DNA of 41,657 bases, taken from positions 1 to 41,657 of the forward strand of contig JAOZGP010000015.1 of NCBI GenBank assembly GCA_027491735.1, in the 5' to 3' direction. Source of the stretch: Thermoproteota archaeon (lineage in GTDB: Archaea > Korarchaeota > Korarchaeia > Korarchaeales > Korarchaeaceae). Shown here in pieces: positions 19,551-28,630 of the stretch. Under the pieces are notes generated by a model. That model was not told the origin of the DNA and did not search any database. It saw nothing but the letters and a program-made list of their open reading frames with translations. Position numbers and translations under genes: made by a program. Each line of letters opens with the position of its first letter. Within the stretch, counting starts at the first letter, position 1.

Positions 19551-20264
19551 TCACCCTTCCAGCTTCCTCCTGATAGCTCGAAAGGCTCCTAATAAATATG
19601 TAGCCTCATCCGAGGTCATACCGCAGGGGTACATCCTCTCCATCAACCGTCTCAGCAAAGCTTTCGCTCTTTTTCTCTTATGCTTCGGAAGGTCTGTTAG
19701 ATCTATTATGCCGGAAAAAACATCTAAAAGCTCATTTCTTATTCTTCTTCCGACAGGTTTCAGTAGGACCCTATCCCTATTAAGACTGATGAAGAACTCG
19801 TATAACACGATTGCCACAGCGTTAGATAGGTTCAGGGTAGGATACTCCTCGCTCGTGGGTATCGTAATGATCACGTCGCATATGTTAAGCTCCTCATTCG
19901 TCAACCCAGTGGACTCCCTCCCGAACACAAGGGAGTAGGTGGCATCCCACCTAAGTTCCTGAACGTAATCCCTGAGAAATACTGCCCTCCTTCCAATTGA
20001 TCCAAAACTCGCCTTGGCTGTTGTCCCTATCACAACGTCGGATTTGCTCACAGCTTCCTGTAGCGAGTAGAAGATTCTGGCCTTAGAGAGGACGTCTTTA
20101 GCATGCATAGCGAGAATGTACGCTCTTTCGAAGGATTCGAACATTGGACTTACAAGCCTCAGGTCATGAAAACCAAAATTTTTCATAGCTCTAGCTATCA
20201 TACCAACATTAAATGAGCTCTCGGGTTCAACCAATACGACCTGAATCTTCGGCACGTGAGTCAC
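19551..20264 (-). CDS. trmJ: tRNA 2'-O-methyltransferase, TrmJ/SPOUT family
   Basis: VVLVEP...NVGMIARAMKNFG, FGRESTGLTNEEL and YPTLNLSNAV. Start is GTG 20264 or GTG 20255. Confidence 0.92.
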   Translation of the reverse strand: MTHVPKIQVVLVEPESSFNVGMIARAMKNFGFHDLRLVSPMFESFERAYILAMHAKDVLSKARIFYSLQEAVSKSDVVIGTTAKASFGSIGRRAVFLRDYVQELRWDATYSLVFGRESTGLTNEELNICDVIITIPTSEEYPTLNLSNAVAIVLYEFFISLNRDRVLLKPVGRRIRNELLDVFSGIIDLTDLPKHKRKRAKALLRRLMERMYPCGMTSDEATYLLGAFRAIRRKLEG

Positions 20265-20929
20265 CTAAAGCTAGCTCAATACCTGATCTTTTAACTCTTA
20301 CAGGGCTGGCGATTGCGTTTCTATCTGCTGTGGAGGCTGTTCGCGGAAGGACCTCCTTGGGAGCACGCCTCTTCTTTCTGGCTTTGTTCTTCGATTACTT
20401 GGACGGCGTGACCGCGAGGCTTTTGAGGTCCTCCAGCAAGAGAGGGGAGGCTCTCGATAGGTTTTGTGATAGAATAACTCAGTGCATAGTCCCAGCGATA
20501 ACGTACTCAGTGAGGGGATCTATTCTAGAGGTTCTCACCGCTACCCTGTTCGTTGTTGCCGGTGCTAGGAGATACGTCCTGAGGAGGAACCCAGAGTTCT
20601 TCAGGGGAGCCCCGTTGTTCATACCAGCTCTCATGATAGAGAGTTCCGCATTGGGTGGGTTTGAGCTCCCGTGGATCTTGCTCCTGATGGCGGTAGTCAT
20701 GACGATAATTCCAGTAAGATATCCAAGGTCCAAGGAAGCCTCTGGAGGGTCTTTTCTGTGGTATTTAAGGCCGATCCCGGTGATGCTTCTCGTTATACTA
20801 CCTGATCTCCTCGTGAGATACGTATGTCTGACTGTTTTCGCCGGATCGGTTGCCCTGCTGATAGCAGGCCCAGTGATCTGGAGAATGTGGGGAGAGAAAG
20901 CCCTTAAAAAGATTGAAGAGGATTATTAG
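20213..20929 (+). CDS. CDP-alcohol phosphatidyltransferase (archaetidylserine synthase-like)
   Basis: IPDLLT, D..DG..AR...S..G..LD..CD signature, FFRGAP and several TM helices. Confidence 0.88.
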   Translation: MSSRVQPIRPESSARESPKASSIPDLLTLTGLAIAFLSAVEAVRGRTSLGARLFFLALFFDYLDGVTARLLRSSSKRGEALDRFCDRITQCIVPAITYSVRGSILEVLTATLFVVAGARRYVLRRNPEFFRGAPLFIPALMIESSALGGFELPWILLLMAVVMTIIPVRYPRSKEASGGSFLWYLRPIPVMLLVILPDLLVRYVCLTVFAGSVALLIAGPVIWRMWGEKALKKIEEDY

Positions 20930-23145
20930 AGCGTATCCATGTATTCCTCAGCCTTGGGAATCTCCTCCTTCATCCCCTTTCTCCTTCTTATCTCCAGTAT
21001 CGTGTCCACCATGAGGTTCTTTGGTAAGGGCTCCCAGTGAGAGAACTTGAGCTGCCAGAAGGCTCTTCCACTTGTCACGCTCCGCATTTCATTGCTGAAA
21101 TCCCCCAAAGTCTCTCTGACAGGTATCCTACCTTTAACCACGCTTATCCTCTCTCTCTCCTCTATACCCTCCACGCGGCCCCTCCTTTGAGAGATCAAAC
21201 CTATCACATTTCCTATAAGCTCAGGAGGCGTTGAGACCTGTATCTCATATATCGGCTCGAGGAGAATAGGATCCGCGCTCAGCATAGCACCATATATCGC
21301 CTTTCTTATGGTGGGAACCATCTGAGCTGGTCCTCTATGTGCGGGATCCTCATGTATCATCGCATTTACAAGTCTTACGATGACTCCCATCGTGGGCTCT
21401 CCGGCCAGTGGTCCCTCCTTCATGACCCACATGAAGCCCTGTTTGAGGAGCTCCTTGACTTCGTCAAGCCTCTGAACACCAACTGTCCTGTTTATGAGCA
21501 AGTTGTAGTTCTCCTCATCTACCTCCATAACATTCTTCGCGTCGTCGGTCTCCATTCCCCCTCTCTCCCTCAGTATCTGAGCCATGGTTCTCCTGTCGAG
21601 CCTCTCGTTTATCTCCTTGGTGCGTATGAGTTCTATGACCTTGGGGTCCAACGGGGCCGCGGTCACCCACAGCCTGTTGAGCTTATTGGGGGATTTAGCC
21701 AACACCACCTGACTGGTGCCCCTTATGCTCTCTCTGTAAACCACTGTTGGTTCGCTGACCTCGAACTCAAGGCCCTCCTGTTGCAAATGGTAGAGCACTA
21801 TCTCCAGATGCAGTTGTCCGGTGCCCTTTAGGAGAATCTCTCCAGTCTCAGTATTGTGGACCATCACAAGGTTTGGATCCTGGAGAGTCATCTTCCTGAG
21901 AGAGTCGACGAGTTTTGGAAGATCTTGCGGTCTCTTCGCCTCTACAGCTATCGTCACTACAGGTTCTGTCACATACTTTATCGCCTCAAAGCCCTGAGCC
22001 ACCTTGTCCTTTATCTCGGGAGCTATTACTGTCTCCCCTGCAGACGCTCCGCCAAGGCCCATTATCGCCACTATGTTCCCTGCAGTTATCTCATCAGACC
22101 TTATCCGGTATGGCCCCATGTAGAGGGATATCTGCTGAATTCGGTGCTTTTGTCGGGCATTGAGTAGATAGACCTCGTCTCCCTCCTTGAGTGTACCGCT
22201 GAATATCCTACCAGTGACCACGAGACCTGCTTGAGGTTCTATCTTGACAGCGTTCACGCCTATTACCAGGGGACCGTTGGGGTCGCAACTCTTTAACGCC
22301 TCAACTAGGTCCTTCTGTTCTTTATCTCTCCAGATCCTGTCTATTCTATATTTTTGAGCTTCTATCGGAGAGGGGTGATGCTTGACGACCACATCAAGTA
22401 TTATCTGGTGAAGAGGGAGAATTTTCCTCAGCTCTTTGCCTCCATCACCTTCCTGGTATGCACTCATTATGTCCGAGAATTTCACCCCCTTCTGCTGAGA
22501 GAACGTGTTTGTAAGACCCCACCCGTGTAGAGCGGAACCTAGAGCGACTGAGTCACTCTCCCAGCTCACCTTCCAAGCCTTTTTGAATGGTTCCTCTGCA
22601 TAAGCCTCTATGAGGCCGTTAAAGTCCCTTATGATCCTGGCGATCTTCCTCTGAACCTCCTGAGGAGTGAGTCTGAGCTCCTTTATCAGACGATCTATCT
22701 TGTTTATGAAGAGGATTGGCTTAACCCTCTCCTCTAAGGCCTGCCTGGTTACAGTCTCCGTCTGCACCATGACCTCTTCGACAGCATCAACGACTACTAC
22801 AGCTCCATCTATCACTCTAAGCGATCTAGTGACGTGTCCCGTGAAGTCTATATGTCCAGGCGTGTCTATCAAATTTATGGCATACTCCCTACCATCCTTC
22901 TTGAAGTACAGAGAGACATTGGCTGCCTTGACTGTTATGCCTCTCTTCTGTTCTACATCGAGATAGTCCAGCATCAGGAGCTCCCCAGCCATCTTGTCGC
23001 TTATCATGCCGGCACCTGATAGCAGATGATCCGAGAGCGTGGTCTTCCCGTGATCGACATGAGCCATAATACCTATGTTCCTTATGTTCTCGGGGTTCCT
23101 CATAAGTCCCTTAAGGTGTTCGACAATTTTCTTGTACTTCTGCAA
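20926..23145 (-). CDS. fusA: Translation elongation factor 2 (aEF-2)
   Basis: AHVDHGKTT, RGITV, DTPGH, NKID and the HEDPAHRG diphthamide loop. TTG start preceded by GGGTGA SD. Confidence 0.97.
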   Translation of the reverse strand: MQKYKKIVEHLKGLMRNPENIRNIGIMAHVDHGKTTLSDHLLSGAGMISDKMAGELLMLDYLDVEQKRGITVKAANVSLYFKKDGREYAINLIDTPGHIDFTGHVTRSLRVIDGAVVVVDAVEEVMVQTETVTRQALEERVKPILFINKIDRLIKELRLTPQEVQRKIARIIRDFNGLIEAYAEEPFKKAWKVSWESDSVALGSALHGWGLTNTFSQQKGVKFSDIMSAYQEGDGGKELRKILPLHQIILDVVVKHHPSPIEAQKYRIDRIWRDKEQKDLVEALKSCDPNGPLVIGVNAVKIEPQAGLVVTGRIFSGTLKEGDEVYLLNARQKHRIQQISLYMGPYRIRSDEITAGNIVAIMGLGGASAGETVIAPEIKDKVAQGFEAIKYVTEPVVTIAVEAKRPQDLPKLVDSLRKMTLQDPNLVMVHNTETGEILLKGTGQLHLEIVLYHLQQEGLEFEVSEPTVVYRESIRGTSQVVLAKSPNKLNRLWVTAAPLDPKVIELIRTKEINERLDRRTMAQILRERGGMETDDAKNVMEVDEENYNLLINRTVGVQRLDEVKELLKQGFMWVMKEGPLAGEPTMGVIVRLVNAMIHEDPAHRGPAQMVPTIRKAIYGAMLSADPILLEPIYEIQVSTPPELIGNVIGLISQRRGRVEGIEERERISVVKGRIPVRETLGDFSNEMRSVTSGRAFWQLKFSHWEPLPKNLMVDTILEIRRRKGMKEEIPKAEEYMDTL

Positions 23146-23272
23146 GGTCCATCACCCATTCGTCAGGACTCGTGCTGGGAGGGAGTAAAAAAACATTCCG
23201 CCAGGGACCTAGCAGCGACCACTTAAATATATAGTCCGGAACTAATTGGGGAGGATCAGGGGAGTGATTTGA

Positions 23273-24541
23273 TTGCCGGTTAAGCCTTATGCCGACAAAT
23301 ATTTGCAGCTTTTAGGAGTTTCAGCAAACCCGTTCGCCCGATCCTATCTGGTGGAGGAAGCTGATCCTTTTAATCTGTTTGTTAAACAGGAGATCGACTT
23401 TTTATTGGATCCTCTAATTGGTGAGGCACTTTCCAAAGTCGGATCCAGCTTTGTAGCCCTAACGGGGGACCCTGGATCCGGTAGGAGCCTAAGACTCAGA
23501 GTGGCATCTAAGGTGTTCAAGGACAACGAGGCCTTTCCCATGGAGTATCCAGTGGAGCCTGTGATGATGGGCCACGATTTGATCAAGGAGATAATTCTCT
23601 TATCCTATGAGAACTACAAGGGGGTGGGGAAAGTCCTCAGAAAAACCCTACTGGGCGTAGGAGAGCTAACAGAGGAGGAATTAGAGGAGATAATGGCATC
23701 TCCGAGCAGTGCTGGAAGAACAATCATAAAAGCTCTGGCGTCCAACAAGCCCTCCTGTCTTCTGATGGATGACGTTCACAACGTGCTCTTTCTGGAGGAC
23801 GAGTGGATATTTTATTTCTTTGAAATGTTGAGGGAGGTCGCCTCCAATCTGCCGGATGGCTCCCTCGTCATGTTAACCTGCAATGGTGAGGCCTTTGGGG
23901 AGATAGAGAAGAAGTTCCCGGCTTTGGTTTCCAGGATGCACGAAAAGCTTGAGATTCCCCCTCTAGCAGATCATGAGGCCATATCCCTCGTATCAAAGAG
24001 GATTGAGCTCTTCAAGGTCAGACCGTTCTCCTCTCCTCTTGGTCCGTTGAGTGAGGAGGTTGTTATCAGGGCTAACAAGCTGGCCAACGGAAATCCTGCT
24101 AGATTACTCTCATATCTGGAGAAAGCAGTTGACCTGGCCATCGTGCTGACCTCCGACAGGGTGGACATAGGCATCTTCGAGAAGATCGAGGAGAGAGAGC
24201 TCCCGCTCATGGATTTTCTGAGGAGCCTACCGGAAGGATCTCGTGACGTTGTCAGGCTCATAGCTGAGAAGTATGGGGGGGGACCGGTCACCCTGAACGA
24301 GATAGCGTTGGATATGGAGATTCCCGTATCCAAAGCCTTTTCTAAGATTGAGTCGCTAGTTATTTATGGGATTTTAAGAAAGGATCCTCAGGGAAAGTAT
24401 TTCCTTCCAAAAGAGTTTCTAGTTCAAGGAAAGAAGAGGAAAGAAGAGGTTAGTAAAGAGAAAAGTGAACAAACTCTCAAGCTGGAGGAGCTCAGAAGAA
24501 GAGGCATTGAGAGGATAAGAAGAAAATTCGGAATAAGATGA
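23273..24541 (+). CDS. P-loop ATPase-like protein (ExeA-like N-terminus) with C-terminal winged helix and non-canonical Walker A
   Basis: YLQLLGVSANPF, GDPGSGRS, LLMDD, ANGNPARL, then TLNEIALDM...KIESLVIYGIL (wHTH-like). Confidence 0.7.
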   Translation: MPVKPYADKYLQLLGVSANPFARSYLVEEADPFNLFVKQEIDFLLDPLIGEALSKVGSSFVALTGDPGSGRSLRLRVASKVFKDNEAFPMEYPVEPVMMGHDLIKEIILLSYENYKGVGKVLRKTLLGVGELTEEELEEIMASPSSAGRTIIKALASNKPSCLLMDDVHNVLFLEDEWIFYFFEMLREVASNLPDGSLVMLTCNGEAFGEIEKKFPALVSRMHEKLEIPPLADHEAISLVSKRIELFKVRPFSSPLGPLSEEVVIRANKLANGNPARLLSYLEKAVDLAIVLTSDRVDIGIFEKIEERELPLMDFLRSLPEGSRDVVRLIAEKYGGGPVTLNEIALDMEIPVSKAFSKIESLVIYGILRKDPQGKYFLPKEFLVQGKKRKEEVSKEKSEQTLKLEELRRRGIERIRRKFGIR

Positions 24542-24577
24542 TGAGTTTAAAAGCACCACCAGTTTTGTGAGAGAGGG

Positions 24578-25294
24578 GTGAGTTTTGTGATCGGTGAAGG
24601 GAGAGAGATCCCGAAGGAAATAGAGGTTGCGATCGGTGAAGGGAGGAAAATCCTTTACGAACATGAGGCCAAGAGTTTGATAGCTAGATATGGAATACCG
24701 GTTACCAAGATCGCCCTCGTCAAGAGCCCTGAGGAGGCCGCTCAGAAGGCCAAGGAGATCGGCTTTCCTGTCGTTCTTAAGATAGTGTCACCGGATGTAG
24801 TTCATAAAAGCGATGTTGGTGGCGTCATCGTCAACCTCAGGAGCGAGGAGGAGGTCAAGAGAGCCTACGACAAGATAATAGAAAATGTTAGATCTCACAA
24901 GCCGAACGCCAAGATAGAAGGTGTCTTAGTCCAGGAGTTCGCTCCAAGCGGAGTGGAGGTCATCATAGGACTTATAAGAGATCCTCAATTCGGTCCAACG
25001 GTCATGTTTGGTCTTGGAGGTGTGTTCGTGGAGATATTCAGAGACGTCTCCTTCAGAGTAGCTCCACTGAGCGATCTAGATGCTGAGGAGATGATTAAGG
25101 AAATAAAGAGTTATAAGATCCTCGCAGGATACAGAGGATCTCCCCCGGTTGATATAGATTCTCTGAAGGACGCCTTGATAAAAGTGGGACAGATAGGTCT
25201 CGATGTAGAGGAGATCTCAGAAATGGACCTTAACCCCGTGATTGCCTATCCCGAGGGCATAAAGGTTGTAGATGCCAGGATAATACTCGGGTAG
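24578..25294 (+). CDS. acdB: Acetate--CoA ligase (ADP-forming) beta subunit, ATP-grasp
   Basis: EHEAK, GFPVVLKIVSPDVVHKSDVGGV, DPQFGPTVMFGLGG, EMDLNP and VDARI. Start may be GTG 24587. Confidence 0.93.
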   Translation: MSFVIGEGREIPKEIEVAIGEGRKILYEHEAKSLIARYGIPVTKIALVKSPEEAAQKAKEIGFPVVLKIVSPDVVHKSDVGGVIVNLRSEEEVKRAYDKIIENVRSHKPNAKIEGVLVQEFAPSGVEVIIGLIRDPQFGPTVMFGLGGVFVEIFRDVSFRVAPLSDLDAEEMIKEIKSYKILAGYRGSPPVDIDSLKDALIKVGQIGLDVEEISEMDLNPVIAYPEGIKVVDARIILG

Positions 25295-25321
25295 CTGAAG
25301 CGGAACCTCTGAGGTGAGGAT

Positions 25322-25531
25322 ATGGTAAAGCGTCTCTCTGAGCTCTTTGATATGCCTGTTTTCTCTGCCGAGGGAAAATATCTAGGAACTGTCGAGGATT
25401 TCGTGATGGATGATTCGCAGGGTAAGCTGGCAGCCATCATAATAGCGCAGAAGAGGAAAGGAGCTAAGAGAATGACGATCCCTTACGAGCTCGTCAAAGC
25501 CTGTGCTGATATCTACATAGTTCAGGTTTGA
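25322..25531 (+). CDS. PRC-barrel domain protein
   Basis: LSELFDMPVFSAEGKYLGTVEDF...IPYELVKACADIYIV, strong SD GAGGTGA. Confidence 0.88.
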   Translation: MVKRLSELFDMPVFSAEGKYLGTVEDFVMDDSQGKLAAIIIAQKRKGAKRMTIPYELVKACADIYIVQV

Positions 25532-25603
25532 GTAAAATTTCCTCTTCACCGCTCTTGAGAAACCTTGCCTGGGTTGATGGGGAATATTTATATTGTAGTC
25601 ACA

Positions 25604-25617
25604 TCGGACATGTCCGA
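25604..25617. promoter_or_regulatory. Perfect 14-bp palindrome downstream of a TATA box
   Basis: TCGGACATGTCCGA, about 10 nt after TTTATAT (25587-25593), upstream of the coiled-coil gene. Confidence 0.4.
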
Positions 25618-25671
25618 GCCCCCTATGAGGGGCGATCTATGAGATTTTTTATTCTGTAAGGAGGCGAAGGC

Positions 25672-26574
25672 ATGGAGGCCGCTAAAAGCTCCTTGGAAGT
25701 TCTAAAGGCTCAGAGAGAAGAGCTGCGGCAGAGGCTTCACCAGATCAGGGATGAGAGAAGGAGGCTTATAGAGGAGCTCAACGGTCTGCGGAGCAAGAAG
25801 AAGGAGATCATAAATCAACTTAGGAGTAAGAGGGAGGAGCTTAAAAAAATCCTTGAGGAAAGAAAGAGGCTTCGAGAGGAGATAAGTGAGCTCAAGGAGA
25901 AGAAGAAGGATACCTTAGAGAAGTTCTTCGAGGCCAAGAGGAAAGCGGAGGAGATAAAAAGAGAGTATGAGGAGATCATGAAGAGCGTAGGAATTCCTGA
26001 AAGGGTGATAAGGCAGAGAATCCGAAGACTTGAGAAGAGAATAGAGACGCAACCCCTCTCAAAGGACGCTGAAAGGGATCTCGTCATGCGCGTCGGACAC
26101 TTGGAGGCTTTACTTCAGGAGATAAACAGAGCTAAGTCCCTAAAGAGAAAACAAATAGAGATACTGGCTGATCTTGAGAGGTGGCGTTTCTTCCTAAGGG
26201 ACACTAGTGAGGGAATAAGGAAGAGAGTCGAACGCGTGAAGGAGATAAACGAACAAGCCTCTAAGATTATAGAAGAACTCGATTCAAGGAAACCTGAGAT
26301 AGAGGAGCTGAACAATAAGATGAGAGAGCTCAGTGACAAGATAGATGCCATGAAGAAGGACATGGATCAGATCTTCAACGAGTTGTCTGTTATACGAAGT
26401 AAGCTTGAAGAGCAGAGAGCCAAGATAGAGGGAGAGAGGATGGAAAGAGAGGAGGAAATTAAGACTAGAATCATAACAGAGGCAAAGGAGAAGCTCAAGT
26501 CCGGAGAAAAACTTACTTTGGAGGAGTTGAAGGCCCTCATAGAGGCGGGTGTGATAAAGGTTCCTGGAAAGTAA
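25672..26574 (+). CDS. Archaeal coiled-coil protein (COG1340-like)
   Basis: Heptad-rich E/K/R sequence with LEKRIETQPLS..ER.LV and EKLKSGEKLTLEEL signatures. Confidence 0.85.
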   Translation: MEAAKSSLEVLKAQREELRQRLHQIRDERRRLIEELNGLRSKKKEIINQLRSKREELKKILEERKRLREEISELKEKKKDTLEKFFEAKRKAEEIKREYEEIMKSVGIPERVIRQRIRRLEKRIETQPLSKDAERDLVMRVGHLEALLQEINRAKSLKRKQIEILADLERWRFFLRDTSEGIRKRVERVKEINEQASKIIEELDSRKPEIEELNNKMRELSDKIDAMKKDMDQIFNELSVIRSKLEEQRAKIEGERMEREEEIKTRIITEAKEKLKSGEKLTLEELKALIEAGVIKVPGK

Positions 26575-26634
26575 GTATTTCTCAACCTTTTTATTTTGAG
26601 TGTTTAAAGAACGGAGAGGGAGCATAATCGAACC

Positions 26635-27729
26635 ATGAACGTGAACGTCACCAACAGTAGCTTCAGGAAGATTCTAGTGCTCTGTGTTGATGTAGATGAT
26701 GATTTGGGCAGGAAGACTGGCATAAGAGGTCCTGTAATTGGGAAAGAGGAGAACCTAAAAGCAGCTACAGCATTAGCTGTAGCTGACCCCACGGAGGCGG
26801 ATGCGAACGCTATCTTCGGTGCTGTGAGGGTGTATGAGGAGACGAAAAGGGAAGCTCCTGAGGCAGAGGTTGAGATAGTCACAATTACAGGACATCCGAA
26901 GACAGACCTCAGAGCGGATCAAGAAATAATAAGGCAGATGGATGCTGTGACCGAGAGGTTCAGGCCTGACTTCATAGTGTTAGTATCAGATGGTGCCGAC
27001 GACGAGCGAGTAATACCCCTCCTCCTCAGATACTGCCAGACCATCTCGGTGAGAAGGGTGATAGTTCAACAGAGCCGGAACCTGGAGGAGACGTATTTCC
27101 TGCTCAAGAGATATATAGATAAACTGTTGGAGAGCCCTGGGACCAGAGCCATCGCCCTGGGTGTCCCAGGAACTGCCATATTTCTAGCAGCGCTGTTCTA
27201 CCTGTTGGGTTTGCAGAGGTTCTTCCTAGTAGGAGTAGGACTCACTACAGGGATTCTTCTTCTAGATAGAGCATTTAACATTGTCGGAAGAGTGGCATCC
27301 ATTGTAAACTACTTCGGGAGGGATATAGGAGCCATCTCCTTTGTTGTAGGATTGATAGGATTGTTGACTACTTCTGGGATGATATACAACGAAGCCACCT
27401 CCCTGGCCAACAGATTCACGGCCTACATCCTCATAGCTAAGATAATGGAGGACTCGTCCCTGATGGTGGCTGCCTCAATGGCGATAATGTTCCTCGGTAG
27501 CTTTGTGGAGAAGGTGGTCAAACATGAGGATCCTTACGAGAGGCTTTTAGGGGCTCTGATGTCGGTGCTTGTCTGGCCTGCTTTGAAGTTCTCAGGAGAG
27601 TATCTCCTCGGCAGGATATCTCTAGAAACTCTCTTCTTTGTAGAAGTTTTCCTCGCCTTCGCCGGAGTAGGGTTCTTCTTTGTCACCCTCAAACTCAAGA
27701 GAAGGGCTTCCCTCAGAGAGAGATATTGA
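26635..27729 (+). CDS. DUF373 family membrane protein
   Basis: LVLCVDVDDDLG.KTG, DPTEADAN, VSDGADDE and RVIVQQS, then several TM helices. Confidence 0.9.
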   Translation: MNVNVTNSSFRKILVLCVDVDDDLGRKTGIRGPVIGKEENLKAATALAVADPTEADANAIFGAVRVYEETKREAPEAEVEIVTITGHPKTDLRADQEIIRQMDAVTERFRPDFIVLVSDGADDERVIPLLLRYCQTISVRRVIVQQSRNLEETYFLLKRYIDKLLESPGTRAIALGVPGTAIFLAALFYLLGLQRFFLVGVGLTTGILLLDRAFNIVGRVASIVNYFGRDIGAISFVVGLIGLLTTSGMIYNEATSLANRFTAYILIAKIMEDSSLMVAASMAIMFLGSFVEKVVKHEDPYERLLGALMSVLVWPALKFSGEYLLGRISLETLFFVEVFLAFAGVGFFFVTLKLKRRASLRERY

Positions 27730-28158
27730 TATATCTGCCGACTTCCTGAGGGCTACGCTGAAGCCTGGCTCCGCGCCTATAACGATGGTCTCCTTACCGG
27801 ATTCCTTGGCCTTATGAACTATTGGCAGGTAGGCGGCGCTTCTGGTCACCAGAACTATTGTGTTTATTTTGTCTGCTGCTATTGCCTCCATGGCGGCTAT
27901 GGTAAAGTCGACCTCCACCTTGCCTGTGGATATTATGGCCCTGAAACCGGCATTGTTGACTGCCTCTACGAGCTTCTCGGAGGCCTTTCTATCGAGTACC
28001 ACGACGGATATCACCGGCCTTCCCAAATCCATGCCTATCTTTCTTATGGTCTCCAGGTTCACGTTCAGATCCTTGCGGAGCATGTTGGGCCCATCCACAA
28101 TTATCGCGATCTGTTTTCTCTTCACAGCCTTTGTGACGGATCTTAAGACCTTCAACAA
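27622..28158 (-). CDS. NYN domain protein (TIGR00288-like)
   Basis: IVDGPNMLRK, KLVEAV...GF, P.VHKAKESGK and EPGFSVAL...AD. Confidence 0.88.
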   Translation of the reverse strand: MLKVLRSVTKAVKRKQIAIIVDGPNMLRKDLNVNLETIRKIGMDLGRPVISVVVLDRKASEKLVEAVNNAGFRAIISTGKVEVDFTIAAMEAIAADKINTIVLVTRSAAYLPIVHKAKESGKETIVIGAEPGFSVALRKSADISISLSEGSPSLEFEGDKEEPYSGEGEENFYKEESF

Positions 28159-28300
28159 CGGACACCTCTGGAGGGTTCTCCTTCTTGTGGCTGAGGGACC
28201 CTTATAATTGTAACTAATTTGTAATTAATTTCCATAGATCTCGATGAGAGCTGACGAAAAGATTTATAGACGTCGACGGTGGGATTCCCTCTGATACACA

Positions 28301-28630
28301 ATGATATGTCCCAAGTGCGGCCATCTCATGAGACCTAGGAGAGAAAAGGAAAAGATAACTTTCTTCTGTCCTGCTTGCGGCTATGAGGCCAAGAAGGTGC
28401 GGAATGTGAAGGTATCCAGGAAGGTGAACAGATCTGTAAACGAGGGGGTAATAGTGATAAAGGACCCCGCCAAGCTCATATCACTGCCGATCGACGAGGA
28501 TGCCGTCTGCCCCAAATGTGGGAATAAAGGCGCGTATGTTCAGGTGGTTCAAACCAGAAGCGCTGATGAACCCCCAACCAGGATATACACTTGTACTCAA
28601 TGTAGGTACGTCTGGAGGGAGTACATGTAG
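28301..28630 (+). CDS. tfs: Transcription factor S (TFS, RpoM-like)
   Basis: Two Zn ribbons and QTRSADEP with the intact acidic DE pair. Confidence 0.95.
   Translation: MICPKCGHLMRPRREKEKITFFCPACGYEAKKVRNVKVSRKVNRSVNEGVIVIKDPAKLISLPIDEDAVCPKCGNKGAYVQVVQTRSADEPPTRIYTCTQCRYVWREYM

Noticed and set aside
24538-24590. ATGATGA at the ATPase stop as a C box
   Set aside because: No D' or D box at suitable spacing. The adjacent TTTAAA is more simply the acdB TATA box.
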